Below are positions 45,131 to 53,818 of a stretch of DNA of 64,000 bases, piece after piece. The notes under the pieces were generated by a model that had not been told where the DNA came from, ran no database searches, and was given only the letters and a program-made list of their open reading frames with translations. Both the position numbers and the translations under genes were made by a program. The stretch lies in sequence record ON529853.1. The stretch is one strand, 5' to 3'. How positions within the stretch are numbered: the first letter of the stretch is position 1; each line of letters starts with the position of its first letter.

Positions 45131-45156
45131 GTAAAGAAACCTATTGCGTCTGTCAA
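45131..45156 (-). promoter_or_regulatory. conserved early promoter driving the hfa-like operon
   Basis: gtaaagaaa-N11-tgtcaa; -35 contains upstream stop. Confidence 0.75.
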
Positions 45157-45752
45157 CACTCGACGTCATTTTTCTTGTAGCGGTTGATCGGGATGCTGTT
45201 CAGCGTCTCCAGATAGCGCGAGACCGCCGCCTCCGGTGTCAGGAACTTTGACGTGCTCAGGGTCGCGGCGATCCACAAACGCTGCGGACGCTCTGCCCAG
45301 ACGCCGCCCCAGTCTTCCGCCAGATAGCCGGAATCCCTTCGCTCCGTTCCGCACTGGGTCAGCGCGTGCAGGTGCGTCTGCTGTTTCAGGCAGATCAGGT
45401 CGCCCGCGAGATGCGGGGCGTCGAGCCCGCGCCAGACGCGCGGACCGGTCACATTGTAGCCCGAGGCCCGGAGGATCAGGAGGTAGCCGTAACGGGGGAA
45501 GCCCTGGTCGCGGTGGAAGCCGATCTCGCCGTTGGCTGAGATCACCTGGACCTCGCCAAAGGCCTGACCCATGTTGACCTCGGATTCCCACAGGCGGTGG
45601 CGCATGTGCGGCCGTTGCTGGCGAATGTAGTCGAGTTGCTCGCGCTTGAGGTTGGCGATCCACTCGGGCGGCACCAGAGGCAGCAGGGCCTTGCCGGCGC
45701 CGCGCGCCACCCAGCCGATGGCGTCGTATTTAGGCGGGCTCAGGTCGTGCAA
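45153..45752 (-). CDS. putative 2OG-Fe(II) oxygenase-like protein
   Basis: GFHRD...YLLIL...GDLICL...LHAL (HxD...H triad); TTG start re-called. Confidence 0.5.
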   Translation of the reverse strand: MHDLSPPKYDAIGWVARGAGKALLPLVPPEWIANLKREQLDYIRQQRPHMRHRLWESEVNMGQAFGEVQVISANGEIGFHRDQGFPRYGYLLILRASGYNVTGPRVWRGLDAPHLAGDLICLKQQTHLHALTQCGTERRDSGYLAEDWGGVWAERPQRLWIAATLSTSKFLTPEAAVSRYLETLNSIPINRYKKNDVEC

Positions 45753-46321
45753 GGCAGGCCTCGCCGCAGACGCCCGACACCGAGTTCGACCGCCGCCTTG
45801 GCCTCGCGCAGCGAGGGCGCTTCCCCCTCGGCGAGCGGCGGACCGCCGGGCGCGGCCGGGTTGTCGATCAACCAGGCGTAGGTCTTGCCGTCCCAGAGCC
45901 CCGAAGGCCCGATCGAGACCCGGCCCAGACGCGGCGCCTCGCGGGTGTTGCGCGGCTCGTCGAGGTCGATCACGGGGGTGTTGGACCACAGGCCGTGACA
46001 GCGATGGCCGCGCTCCCAGTGCGCGCCGCGCATCAGGTCCTTGCGCGCCTGGCGTGCGACGCGCTCCAGGACGCGCCCTTCTTCAGCGAGGATTTCCCGG
46101 CGCCCGAGGCGGGTCAGAATATAGGCCGGCTCACCGGGCGCGAGGCGTGCGTTCCGGCCCTGCCAGACGATGAAGCCCGCCCGTTCCGCCGCGCTCAGGG
46201 TCGCCCCGCGCCCGACGGTGCGAGACTGCGACCCCCGCCCGTTCACCAGCGGGACCCAGGACGGATCGTTCCCGGATTCCAGCAGCTTGAGGACGTGCAT
46301 GATTTCGGCGGAAACGCTCAA
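45740..46321 (-). CDS. hypothetical protein
   Basis: 193 aa. Confidence 0.7.
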   Translation of the reverse strand: MSVSAEIMHVLKLLESGNDPSWVPLVNGRGSQSRTVGRGATLSAAERAGFIVWQGRNARLAPGEPAYILTRLGRREILAEEGRVLERVARQARKDLMRGAHWERGHRCHGLWSNTPVIDLDEPRNTREAPRLGRVSIGPSGLWDGKTYAWLIDNPAAPGGPPLAEGEAPSLREAKAAVELGVGRLRRGLPCTT

Positions 46322-46920
46322 GACGCGAGGCTTTCAGCTTCGCGTTCCAGACCCTCGGCGCGGGCGATCACGGCAGCGCGCGCCTCACCGTCCAGAACCC
46401 TCGCGGTGTCGCGCATCTCCTGCGCGGCGCGGCGCAGGCCGGCGATCTCCAGGTCCAGGCCGTTGGACGGTTTGTCGATGACGATCACGCGGACCTTGTC
46501 GGCGCGGGCGCGATCGCTGGACTGCTTCTTGGGCTTGATCCGGTTTGCGATCGGCTTGTAGCCGCCGCTCTGGCCCTCGATCGGTCCATAGGTATGGTCG
46601 AGCGTGAACCAGCCCGGCTGCGTGGCGCTCGGGCGGAGAATCTGGCGCGCCTGGATGGGGAACTCCGGCGCGGCGATTCTCACCCAGCGCTCTTCGTCGA
46701 AGGGGATGAAGGGTTCGAACGTCTTGGGGCCGCCCATGTCGGGGCTGTCGCGGCCAATCTTGACCCCGTCCATGGCGAAGAGCACGAGGTCCATAAAGAC
46801 CGCGTCGCCGGAGAAGTAGGCCTGACGCACGCGGCCGACGCGCACGGCGCCGAGGCCATCGCGCCTTTCAGCCACCCAGTCGCCCTGCGCGATAGGGAGA
46901 ACCCGTTCTGCTTCGGTCAC
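46318..46920 (-). CDS. hypothetical protein
   Basis: GTG start overlapping upstream stop. Confidence 0.7.
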   Translation of the reverse strand: MTEAERVLPIAQGDWVAERRDGLGAVRVGRVRQAYFSGDAVFMDLVLFAMDGVKIGRDSPDMGGPKTFEPFIPFDEERWVRIAAPEFPIQARQILRPSATQPGWFTLDHTYGPIEGQSGGYKPIANRIKPKKQSSDRARADKVRVIVIDKPSNGLDLEIAGLRRAAQEMRDTARVLDGEARAAVIARAEGLEREAESLAS

Positions 46921-47144
46921 GCGGCGGCCTCCAGTTCTTCTTCCAGGGACGCCAGCGCCAGGAAATGGGTTTGACGATAGGTGCGCCACACGTCGCCGGG
47001 GCGCTTGATCCACCACATCCGTTCCAGTCCGTCGCGTCGGACCTCCACGCCCAGCTTGGCGGCGGCGGCCTCCACCTGCGCACGGGCGACGCGCGCCGCG
47101 CCTGGCGGGTTGAGCGGCGGCGGCTTGGCCTGATCCTGGCCCAT
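46917..47144 (-). CDS. hypothetical protein
   Basis: MGQDQAKPPP... Confidence 0.6.
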   Translation of the reverse strand: MGQDQAKPPPLNPPGAARVARAQVEAAAAKLGVEVRRDGLERMWWIKRPGDVWRTYRQTHFLALASLEEELEAAA

Positions 47145-47161
47145 GGTGTGACGGGTGCGCA

Positions 47162-47362
47162 TCAGAGACTATCGATCCCGATGGTGAACGCCTGGCCGTC
47201 GACCGTGACGAGGTTGATCGCCATAACGGTGACGGTCTCGACTTCGAACTCGGGGTTGACCACCGGCAGGGTGATGCCGGCGTCGGACAGGGCGCGCACG
47301 ATGCGGCCCATCAGGTCGGCTTCGTTCTCGACCTCGGCTAGGTCATGCAGGGTATGGGCCAT
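47162..47362 (-). CDS. small acidic protein
   Basis: AGGAG RBS, 66 aa. Confidence 0.7.
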   Translation of the reverse strand: MAHTLHDLAEVENEADLMGRIVRALSDAGITLPVVNPEFEVETVTVMAINLVTVDGQAFTIGIDSL

Positions 47363-47395
47363 GGTCGGGCTCCTCTGAAGGTGTGATGGGGCGCG

Positions 47396-47713
47396 TCAGT
47401 CGAAACCGTCGTCGAGGCCTTGCGCGGCGCACAGGGCGCTGTGTTCGTCCATTTCGCGATCGCCTTCGGCGGCGAAGCGGCGGCGGGTCTCTTCATCCAG
47501 ACCGGCGAAGACGCCGACGCGGAACAGACCGTAGCGGGGGTCCGCCAGGACGGCGGGATCAGGGGCGGGGATGCCCTTGAGGATGTCCGAGATCGGTCGC
47601 TCACGCCCGACGCGGACGTCGAAGATCATTTCTTCAGGCGTCTCGTCCTCCGGCGTTTGCGGCTCGCAGGCGGTCCACTGGGCGTCACAGGCGATTTCAT
47701 CGGCAGGGTGCAT
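47396..47713 (-). CDS. small acidic protein
   Basis: First ORF after promoter, 105 aa. Confidence 0.7.
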   Translation of the reverse strand: MHPADEIACDAQWTACEPQTPEDETPEEMIFDVRVGRERPISDILKGIPAPDPAVLADPRYGLFRVGVFAGLDEETRRRFAAEGDREMDEHSALCAAQGLDDGFD

Positions 47714-47742
47714 TCCATCTCTCCGTCGTTGTCGGGAAAGGT

Positions 47743-47768
47743 GTAAAGGAATGTTCTGAGGCTGTCAA
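47743..47768 (-). promoter_or_regulatory. conserved early promoter
   Basis: gtaaaggaa-N11-tgtcaa; -35 contains upstream stop. Confidence 0.8.
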
Positions 47769-48214
47769 TCACCTTCGTCTTCGAGCGCGGCGGCGCCGGC
47801 CTCCAGGGCGGCGATCACCTCTTCAGCCGTGCGTGTCTTGTCGTTGTTCCAGGCGTTGGCGCGCTGCGGCAGGTCCATGATCCGGGTCGCTTCGGCCATC
47901 ATGGCGAAACCATAGGCGTCGCCATCGGTCCAATCGGCGTCCCAACGGGATAGGCTTGCCTGGGGGTGGAGCAGGTCGAGATCGACGCCGGCGCGGACCA
48001 GGGCGCCCATGATGCAGAAGCAGGCCGCCTCGGGAGCCTCGATGTTGCACACGCGGCCGCCCTGGTCATGCGGACCGGTGGCCGCAAACACCTCGCGGGT
48101 GTGACCCTTGGTGCGGATCAGGTCGGCGGCGACGCGGTAGACGGCGGGATTGCGCACCGCCGTCTCGACCTCTTGAAGCACCCGGCTGTAGCGGGCGTCA
48201 CGCTCCGGCGTCAT
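47765..48214 (-). CDS. DUF6197-like protein
   Basis: AADLIRTKGH...FCIMGALVRA...AWNNDKTRTAEEVIAAL. Confidence 0.6.
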   Translation of the reverse strand: MTPERDARYSRVLQEVETAVRNPAVYRVAADLIRTKGHTREVFAATGPHDQGGRVCNIEAPEAACFCIMGALVRAGVDLDLLHPQASLSRWDADWTDGDAYGFAMMAEATRIMDLPQRANAWNNDKTRTAEEVIAALEAGAAALEDEGD

Positions 48215-48603
48215 CAGGCGGCGTCCTGTGCGACGCGGCACGCGTCGAGAGACTGGATCAGGAAGTCGAGGTCCTGCCCCTCGATCCAGGACGCCGAATC
48301 GGACAGGCAGATGTCGCCGACCATGCGCACGATCTCCGACAGGCAGGTGATCGAGCCGATGGGCTCCATGTCCGGCATGACGTCGTAGACGTCGGTCATG
48401 CCCTTGGCGCGGTTCGCGATGGCCGCGCGATATTTCTCGCCCCGCTGCACGGCCCTCTGGGCGTCGGCGATCAGATCATAGACCGGTCGGGCGTAGATCG
48501 TCGGCATAGGCTTCACCGCCGCGCTCATGCGGCGCAGCGCGTTCAAGCAGGCGCGCCCGCGCGCCTCGTTGGCGATCTCGGCCTTGGTCTTTTCGCGGAG
48601 CAT
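48214..48603 (-). CDS. hypothetical protein
   Basis: GGAGGACCTC RBS. Confidence 0.75.
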   Translation of the reverse strand: MLREKTKAEIANEARGRACLNALRRMSAAVKPMPTIYARPVYDLIADAQRAVQRGEKYRAAIANRAKGMTDVYDVMPDMEPIGSITCLSEIVRMVGDICLSDSASWIEGQDLDFLIQSLDACRVAQDAA

Positions 48604-48635
48604 GAGGTCCTCCTGGGTTGTCGTCGACCACCGTT

Positions 48636-48660
48636 GTAAAGGAATGATGTGCGTTGTCAA
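48636..48660 (-). promoter_or_regulatory. conserved early promoter
   Basis: gtaaaggaa-N10-tgtcaa; -35 contains Thg1 stop. Confidence 0.8.
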
Positions 48661-49484
48661 CCCGCCGCATCGCCGTAATCGCGTTCGATCGGGTCAGCGC
48701 CCGCCATGATGAACTCGGTGCGATTGACGATGCGCTGGAGCGGCGGGACAGACAGTCGGGTCATGGAGGAGCGAACCACCGACGTGTCCTCAAGTCGCGC
48801 CGGGCGCATGGCGGCGGGGATGCGGGCGACCTCGGTCGGCGTCAGGGGCCGCTCGACCGTCTCCTTACGCACGAACGTCCCCAGGCGGAACGCCTCGGGG
48901 TAGTCGGCGAACACCACGCCCTTCTCGGCGATCATGTCGATCATCGCCTGGCGCCCCTTGCCATGCATCTGGCTCGGCGAGTATTGCGCCCGGCACGCCA
49001 TGGAGGCGGCGTTCTTCTGGCAGTCGAGGTTACGCCACAGGAACATGTTGGCGGCTTCCCACGGGTGGGGAAGCTGGCAGACGCGCGCGTCGAACGCCGG
49101 CAGGCGATCGTTGAACGGCTCCCAGTAGCGGATGGCGTGCGCCATGCGCGCGGCCGCCATCGACGCCAGCACCGAGGTCATCTTGACGATCTTGCCGGAG
49201 AAGAAGATGTCGCTCTCGTAGTCGGGCGCCTCCCACACCAGGCTGATCTCGTCGGACTGGACGTAGCCGATCTTGGCGTGGGTCTTGTCGACCAGATACT
49301 CCGCCACCACGATCATCGCCTCGGTCATGCGCGGGTCAAACGGCCGCTCCATGCCCTTGGTGAACTTGGAGAAGCCTCGGCCGTCGATGCGGGCGTAGAC
49401 CGGCAGGGACGGGAAGAAGCGGCGCGCGGTCTCGCGGCGCTCATAGTCCTTCATCCGGTCGCCGAGTTCATCCTTGGTCGTCAT
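48657..49484 (-). CDS. thg1: tRNA-His guanylyltransferase / Thg1-like 3'-5' polymerase
   Basis: RMKDYE, YARIDGRGFSKFT, YVQSDEISL, FDARV, NMFLWRNLDCQKN. Confidence 0.93.
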   Translation of the reverse strand: MTTKDELGDRMKDYERRETARRFFPSLPVYARIDGRGFSKFTKGMERPFDPRMTEAMIVVAEYLVDKTHAKIGYVQSDEISLVWEAPDYESDIFFSGKIVKMTSVLASMAAARMAHAIRYWEPFNDRLPAFDARVCQLPHPWEAANMFLWRNLDCQKNAASMACRAQYSPSQMHGKGRQAMIDMIAEKGVVFADYPEAFRLGTFVRKETVERPLTPTEVARIPAAMRPARLEDTSVVRSSMTRLSVPPLQRIVNRTEFIMAGADPIERDYGDAAG

Positions 49485-49960
49485 GGGAATCGTTTCCTGC
49501 GCGCTGCGGCGACGATGGGATCGGGCTTCTTTTCGACCACTGCTCGGGGTGATCGCTCGCTGGCCTTCGGCTGCGCTCGCGCCCGGCTGCCGCCGGCCTG
49601 TCCTTCGGACGTCGAGGCGGGCGCTTCAGCCGCTGCGGCCTTCTTGGGCGTCTCGACCTTCTCGGCCTTCTTGCGCTCCGCCATCTGGGCCATCACGACC
49701 GGATCGGGCGGGGCGATCTCGTATTTGATCGGCGCCAGCTTGTCCCAGCCGAGCGTCTTTTCGTTTTCCAGGGCGGCGCGCCCGGCGTCCTCCAGCGTCA
49801 TCAGGCGCCCGACCTTCTTGGTCCGCCCCGATTCGGTCGGCAGGTGGACCTCATAGAGGACACGCCCGGTCTTGGTCTCGACCTTGCCGGTCTGGACCAG
49901 AGACATGATGACCATGCCGGCCTTGTTAATGTAGGGGCAGCTATGCAGGGGCGCGCTCAT
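49481..49960 (-). CDS. hypothetical protein with K/A/P-rich tail
   Basis: Coupled to Thg1 start. Confidence 0.7.
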   Translation of the reverse strand: MSAPLHSCPYINKAGMVIMSLVQTGKVETKTGRVLYEVHLPTESGRTKKVGRLMTLEDAGRAALENEKTLGWDKLAPIKYEIAPPDPVVMAQMAERKKAEKVETPKKAAAAEAPASTSEGQAGGSRARAQPKASERSPRAVVEKKPDPIVAAARRKRFP

Positions 49961-50211
49961 GCGCACACCTGATCGTTTTCACCGCGATCGGCGCGCTGCG
50001 GTTCAAGCCCGGCGTATAGTCGCGCGTGCTTTTCACTGCGGAAAGCGTCCATGACCTGAGCCTTTGCCGGCTCCCAACGCCCGTCGAAGCGGTCGTAATA
50101 TTCATAGGGGTTGTCGGGGGTAGGGCGGCGCGCGGCGCGACGGACAAAGAAGACCTTGCGCTCGGGATCGTAGATGACGCTGCGGGGCGGGTTGTGGCGG
50201 AACAGGCCCAT
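49957..50211 (-). CDS. hypothetical protein
   Basis: 84 aa. Confidence 0.7.
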   Translation of the reverse strand: MGLFRHNPPRSVIYDPERKVFFVRRAARRPTPDNPYEYYDRFDGRWEPAKAQVMDAFRSEKHARLYAGLEPQRADRGENDQVCA

Positions 50212-50855
50212 CAGCGGGTATTCCTCATGATGCGGGTGGCGCGAACCCAGGGGATGTAGTGTTCGATCAGGAACTCGGCCGCCTTGGCTTCGACGTCGCC
50301 GTATTCGGCAGGCCAGTGGATCGGCCAGATGGCGCCCTTATGGGTCGTGATGGAGGTATCGACGTTCATCAGGTTGAGCCACCACGGAGAGTTGCCGTGG
50401 TATTCAGCTTTGAAGCCGCCGCGCTCGGTCCAGGCCTGGATGACGCCCTTGCCGATGTCCAGTTCATAGAGGGAGGGGATGTGGGTGGTCGGCTTGAAGT
50501 CGGCGGCCTTCAGCACCTCGACCACTGTACCGCCGGCGGGGCGCGGATCACGCAGGCGCTCGATCAGGGCGATCAGCATCTCCATGCGCGAGCAGTAGAT
50601 GATTTCGCTCTGGGGCGAGATGTGCGCCCAGAGTTTGCGGAACTCGGGATCGCCGATGTGGTCGTGCGTGTCGTCCTTGGGCCAGGCCTGATAGGCCGCC
50701 ATCTTGTCCCGCGTCGTGGGCAGCGTCAGGCTGCCGTAAGCAACGTCGTCGCGGCGGTCCGCCAGCCACCAACGGCAGCCGTCGGGCTGGAACCCTTCAC
50801 GGACATCCGATGTCGAGCCCTTGATCGGGACGGTGCGGTATTGAATCGGTTCCAT
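50211..50855 (-). CDS. hypothetical protein
   Basis: GGAGGACCCC RBS. Confidence 0.8.
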   Translation of the reverse strand: MEPIQYRTVPIKGSTSDVREGFQPDGCRWWLADRRDDVAYGSLTLPTTRDKMAAYQAWPKDDTHDHIGDPEFRKLWAHISPQSEIIYCSRMEMLIALIERLRDPRPAGGTVVEVLKAADFKPTTHIPSLYELDIGKGVIQAWTERGGFKAEYHGNSPWWLNLMNVDTSITTHKGAIWPIHWPAEYGDVEAKAAEFLIEHYIPWVRATRIMRNTR

Positions 50856-50882
50856 GGGGTCCTCCGTTGCGTCAGAGGCTGC

Positions 50883-50908
50883 GTAAAGGAACGATCAGCG
50901 AATGTCAA
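50883..50908 (-). promoter_or_regulatory. conserved early promoter
   Basis: gcgtaaaggaacgatcagcgaatgtcaac, one mismatch to copy at 33623. Confidence 0.8.
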
Positions 50909-50916
50909 CTATCCTG

Positions 50917-51174
50917 TCAGCCGCATCCGCCGCAAATTCCTCCATCAGCCGGCTTGTCGTCGTGGCAGACCGCGCACGGCGCTGGCAGGTAGTCCGGCCC
51001 GCGTTCGATCGCGGCCGGGTCGGGGTCGCCGGGCTTCCAGTCGTCCGGCACGAGGGTGCGGGGACCTTGCGGATAGGCCTTGCCGCACTGTTCCTCGCGC
51101 GTCCCGTAGCGGGCGATGAAGGCGGCCTGGCGCAGGGCCTCAAGGATTTGCTCCGGTGTGCCCAGAAGGCTCAT
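50917..51174 (-). CDS. small Cys-rich protein
   Basis: CAVC...CGGC. Confidence 0.65.
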   Translation of the reverse strand: MSLLGTPEQILEALRQAAFIARYGTREEQCGKAYPQGPRTLVPDDWKPGDPDPAAIERGPDYLPAPCAVCHDDKPADGGICGGCG

Positions 51175-51515
51175 GCCAGCATCGCTTCATAGAACCGGGG
51201 CCAGGTCAGCACCGGTTCGATCACGGCCGCCTTGCCGTTCTTGATGTAGTGACGGCTCTCGTAGGTCATGTCGTATTCGACGGCCGCCTCGATCACGATC
51301 AGCACCTTGGGATGCTTGAGCGAGAAGGCCTTCATGTCTTCGGTAAACTCCCACTCGCTCCCGGCGCTGATCGGCTTCCCGTCCTCGTCGATGAAGTGCT
51401 TCGCGTCGGGAACCTGCTTGCGCAGGCTGTAGATGAAGTAGTCGAGATCGAAGTCTTCGAGGTCGCTCGGCGACAACATCGGCTTCAGGGTATAGCTGGC
51501 GGATTCAACGCCCAT
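51171..51515 (-). CDS. acidic hypothetical protein
   Basis: AAGGA RBS, 114 aa. Confidence 0.75.
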   Translation of the reverse strand: MGVESASYTLKPMLSPSDLEDFDLDYFIYSLRKQVPDAKHFIDEDGKPISAGSEWEFTEDMKAFSLKHPKVLIVIEAAVEYDMTYESRHYIKNGKAAVIEPVLTWPRFYEAMLA

Positions 51516-51536
51516 GGGTCAGTCCTTTCTGGGGCG

Positions 51537-52691
51537 TCAGCCGCCCGGCGCCAGACGCACGCCGTCGAGCGCCGTCAACATGTCTTCGCGGTTCATGGTG
51601 TAGCCGCTCAAGGCCCAGGTCAGGCGCGCCGCCATCAGGCCGCCGCCGATCTCCTTGGGTTTGAAACCCTTCGCGACGAAATCATCCCCGTTGATGGGCA
51701 GCGCCGGAACGGGCCAGGAAGAGACTTCGGTGAAGACCTCCGGAACTCCGGTCGCGCGCGCCCAGGCCTCAGCATAGGCGGGCGAGGCTTTCTCACACGC
51801 CAGGAGGTATTTCAGGTTCTTCAGGGTCGGCGGGCCGTAAAGCCGGTTCTCCAGGAACTTCGCCAGAGCCGTCTCGGATTTCGACCACCGCCAGCGCTTG
51901 GCGATCGGCGGCCAGTTCTTGGCGAGCGCGCTCATCAGGACCACAGGATCGCGGGTGTGGGCGTGCGCGATGTCCATCCGCTCGGGCAAGACTTCGCCGG
52001 AGACCTCCAGGTGATCCAGCAGCCCCAGGCGGCGCATCTCCCGCACCATGCGCGGCCCGCTGTCGTGGGCCACCACCTTCTTCATCTCGACCCAGATGCG
52101 TTCGCCGGAAATGGCGCGCAGCCCGTGTCCGAATAGAGCGCAGGCCGCCGCCGCCGCCGGGTCAAGGCGACCGCGTCCATAACGGCCGTGGAACCGGAAG
52201 AAGCGCAGGATGCGCAGGTGGTCTTCCTCAATCCGCTCGGAGGCGTCGCCGACAAATCGAACCACGCCGGCGTCCAGATCACGCTCGCCGCCGAAGGGAT
52301 CGATCAACAACCCCTGGAAGGTCATCGCCATGGCGTTGATGGTCAGGTCGCGCCGCGCCAGGTCCTCATGCAGATCACGCGTGAAGGCGACCGTGGCGTG
52401 GCGCCCGTCGTGTTCGGTCTCGGTGCGCAGGGTGGTGATCTCATAAGGCTCCGCGCCGATCACGACCGTCAATGTGCCGAACTCGATCCCCGTGGGGTAG
52501 CAGACCAGGCCCAGGCTCCTGTAGAGGGCCTGCTGCTCGTCGGGGGTGGCGTCCGTGCACAGGTCGACGTCCTTGGGCGCTTCGCCCATCAGGGCGTCGC
52601 GCACGCAGCCGCCGACGAACCACAGGCGGTAGCCGCGATCCACGAAGGCGCGCTCGACCGCCTCCAGTTCAGGGGTGACAGGCGGGCGCAT
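51537..52691 (-). CDS. cca: class II tRNA nucleotidyltransferase (CCA-adding enzyme)
   Basis: FVGGCVRD, DVD, EITTLR, EDLARRDLTINAMA, EDHLRILRFFRF; lacks the PAP-type GRRF signature. Confidence 0.9.
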   Translation of the reverse strand: MRPPVTPELEAVERAFVDRGYRLWFVGGCVRDALMGEAPKDVDLCTDATPDEQQALYRSLGLVCYPTGIEFGTLTVVIGAEPYEITTLRTETEHDGRHATVAFTRDLHEDLARRDLTINAMAMTFQGLLIDPFGGERDLDAGVVRFVGDASERIEEDHLRILRFFRFHGRYGRGRLDPAAAAACALFGHGLRAISGERIWVEMKKVVAHDSGPRMVREMRRLGLLDHLEVSGEVLPERMDIAHAHTRDPVVLMSALAKNWPPIAKRWRWSKSETALAKFLENRLYGPPTLKNLKYLLACEKASPAYAEAWARATGVPEVFTEVSSWPVPALPINGDDFVAKGFKPKEIGGGLMAARLTWALSGYTMNREDMLTALDGVRLAPGG

Positions 52692-53222
52692 CTATTCGAT
52701 CTCCAGGTCGGCTTCGGTCCAGCCGAACTCGGCCAGCAGACTGAGGCGCAGGGCGCCGCCGGTGGAACGGATGCGCTGCGCCTGTTCCGCCCGATACCGC
52801 CGGGCTTCCTCCAACACCGCCGCCACGTCGCCCGCGCGGTCTCCGGCCGTGTCATAGAGGCGCAAGGCTCGCTGGAAGGCGTTGAAGTGAACGGCGTTCT
52901 CGAACACGGTGACGTCTTCGGGATGGACAGCATAGCCGTCGATCTCCAGGACATAGCCCTCGTCCTCAGCGTAGGCGATGACGCCGTGCAGGGACCCCGC
53001 CCGCGCATACTTGCCCACCAGGCAGTCAGGATCGGTGTAATCGTCGACGCTGCGCCAGCGCCCTGACCAGGTCAGGGGATCGCCCCGCTCCAGCACACGC
53101 CACTCGCGGGTTGAGCGGCGCAGCGACGTCGCATAAGAGCCGTAGCGGGCCGGAATGCGCGGACCCGGCACGACGTCGTCGCGCTGGTGGTCAGGCAGCA
53201 GCGGCAGGTCGGACTGGCTCAC
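52692..53222 (-). CDS. hypothetical protein
   Basis: 176 aa. Confidence 0.7.
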   Translation of the reverse strand: MSQSDLPLLPDHQRDDVVPGPRIPARYGSYATSLRRSTREWRVLERGDPLTWSGRWRSVDDYTDPDCLVGKYARAGSLHGVIAYAEDEGYVLEIDGYAVHPEDVTVFENAVHFNAFQRALRLYDTAGDRAGDVAAVLEEARRYRAEQAQRIRSTGGALRLSLLAEFGWTEADLEIE

Positions 53223-53818
53223 AGGGTCACCGGGGTCTTGATGATGCGCAGGCCGTTCGCGGCGGCGTAGGCGCGATAGCGGTCGGTCTTCGTGGTGTAG
53301 CGCCCGAACGCCCGGTCATAGTTCATCTGCTGGATCACCGCCGCATGACGTCTGATCTGGAACGACCACCGTTTCGTCAGCGCCAGCTTCTCGTTGAGCG
53401 TCATCCGCGAGAAATCCACGTCCGGCTCGAAGCTGAGCGCGTATTGCGTGGCGTGGACGGCCGCCGTGTAGGGATCGGCGCCGAAGCAGACGACGTCACG
53501 CCCCTTCAAGGTGACGTAGATCGTGCGGGCGCCGTCCTGGAAGGTGAAGGTGTAGATCACGCCCGGTGCGGCCGTGCGCCGGATCAGGGTCAGGCCTTCA
53601 GCGGTCTCGCCCTTGCGCAGCTTGCTGCTCAGGCGCCGGATGGCCTTCAGGCGCTCTTCGCCGAACTGCCGCGCGAAGCCGTCGGACGGGTCCTTGACCT
53701 CGTCCTCACGAATAATCCGCTCGGTGCCGCGACGGGTGTATTTGTCGAGCACGGGCGGCGCCTTCGGCTCGGCCGGCGGCGTGCGCTTGGTGTTCCATTG
53801 AACGGTGGCGGCGGTCAC
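53219..53818 (-). CDS. hypothetical protein
   Basis: 199 aa. Confidence 0.75.
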   Translation of the reverse strand: MTAATVQWNTKRTPPAEPKAPPVLDKYTRRGTERIIREDEVKDPSDGFARQFGEERLKAIRRLSSKLRKGETAEGLTLIRRTAAPGVIYTFTFQDGARTIYVTLKGRDVVCFGADPYTAAVHATQYALSFEPDVDFSRMTLNEKLALTKRWSFQIRRHAAVIQQMNYDRAFGRYTTKTDRYRAYAAANGLRIIKTPVTL

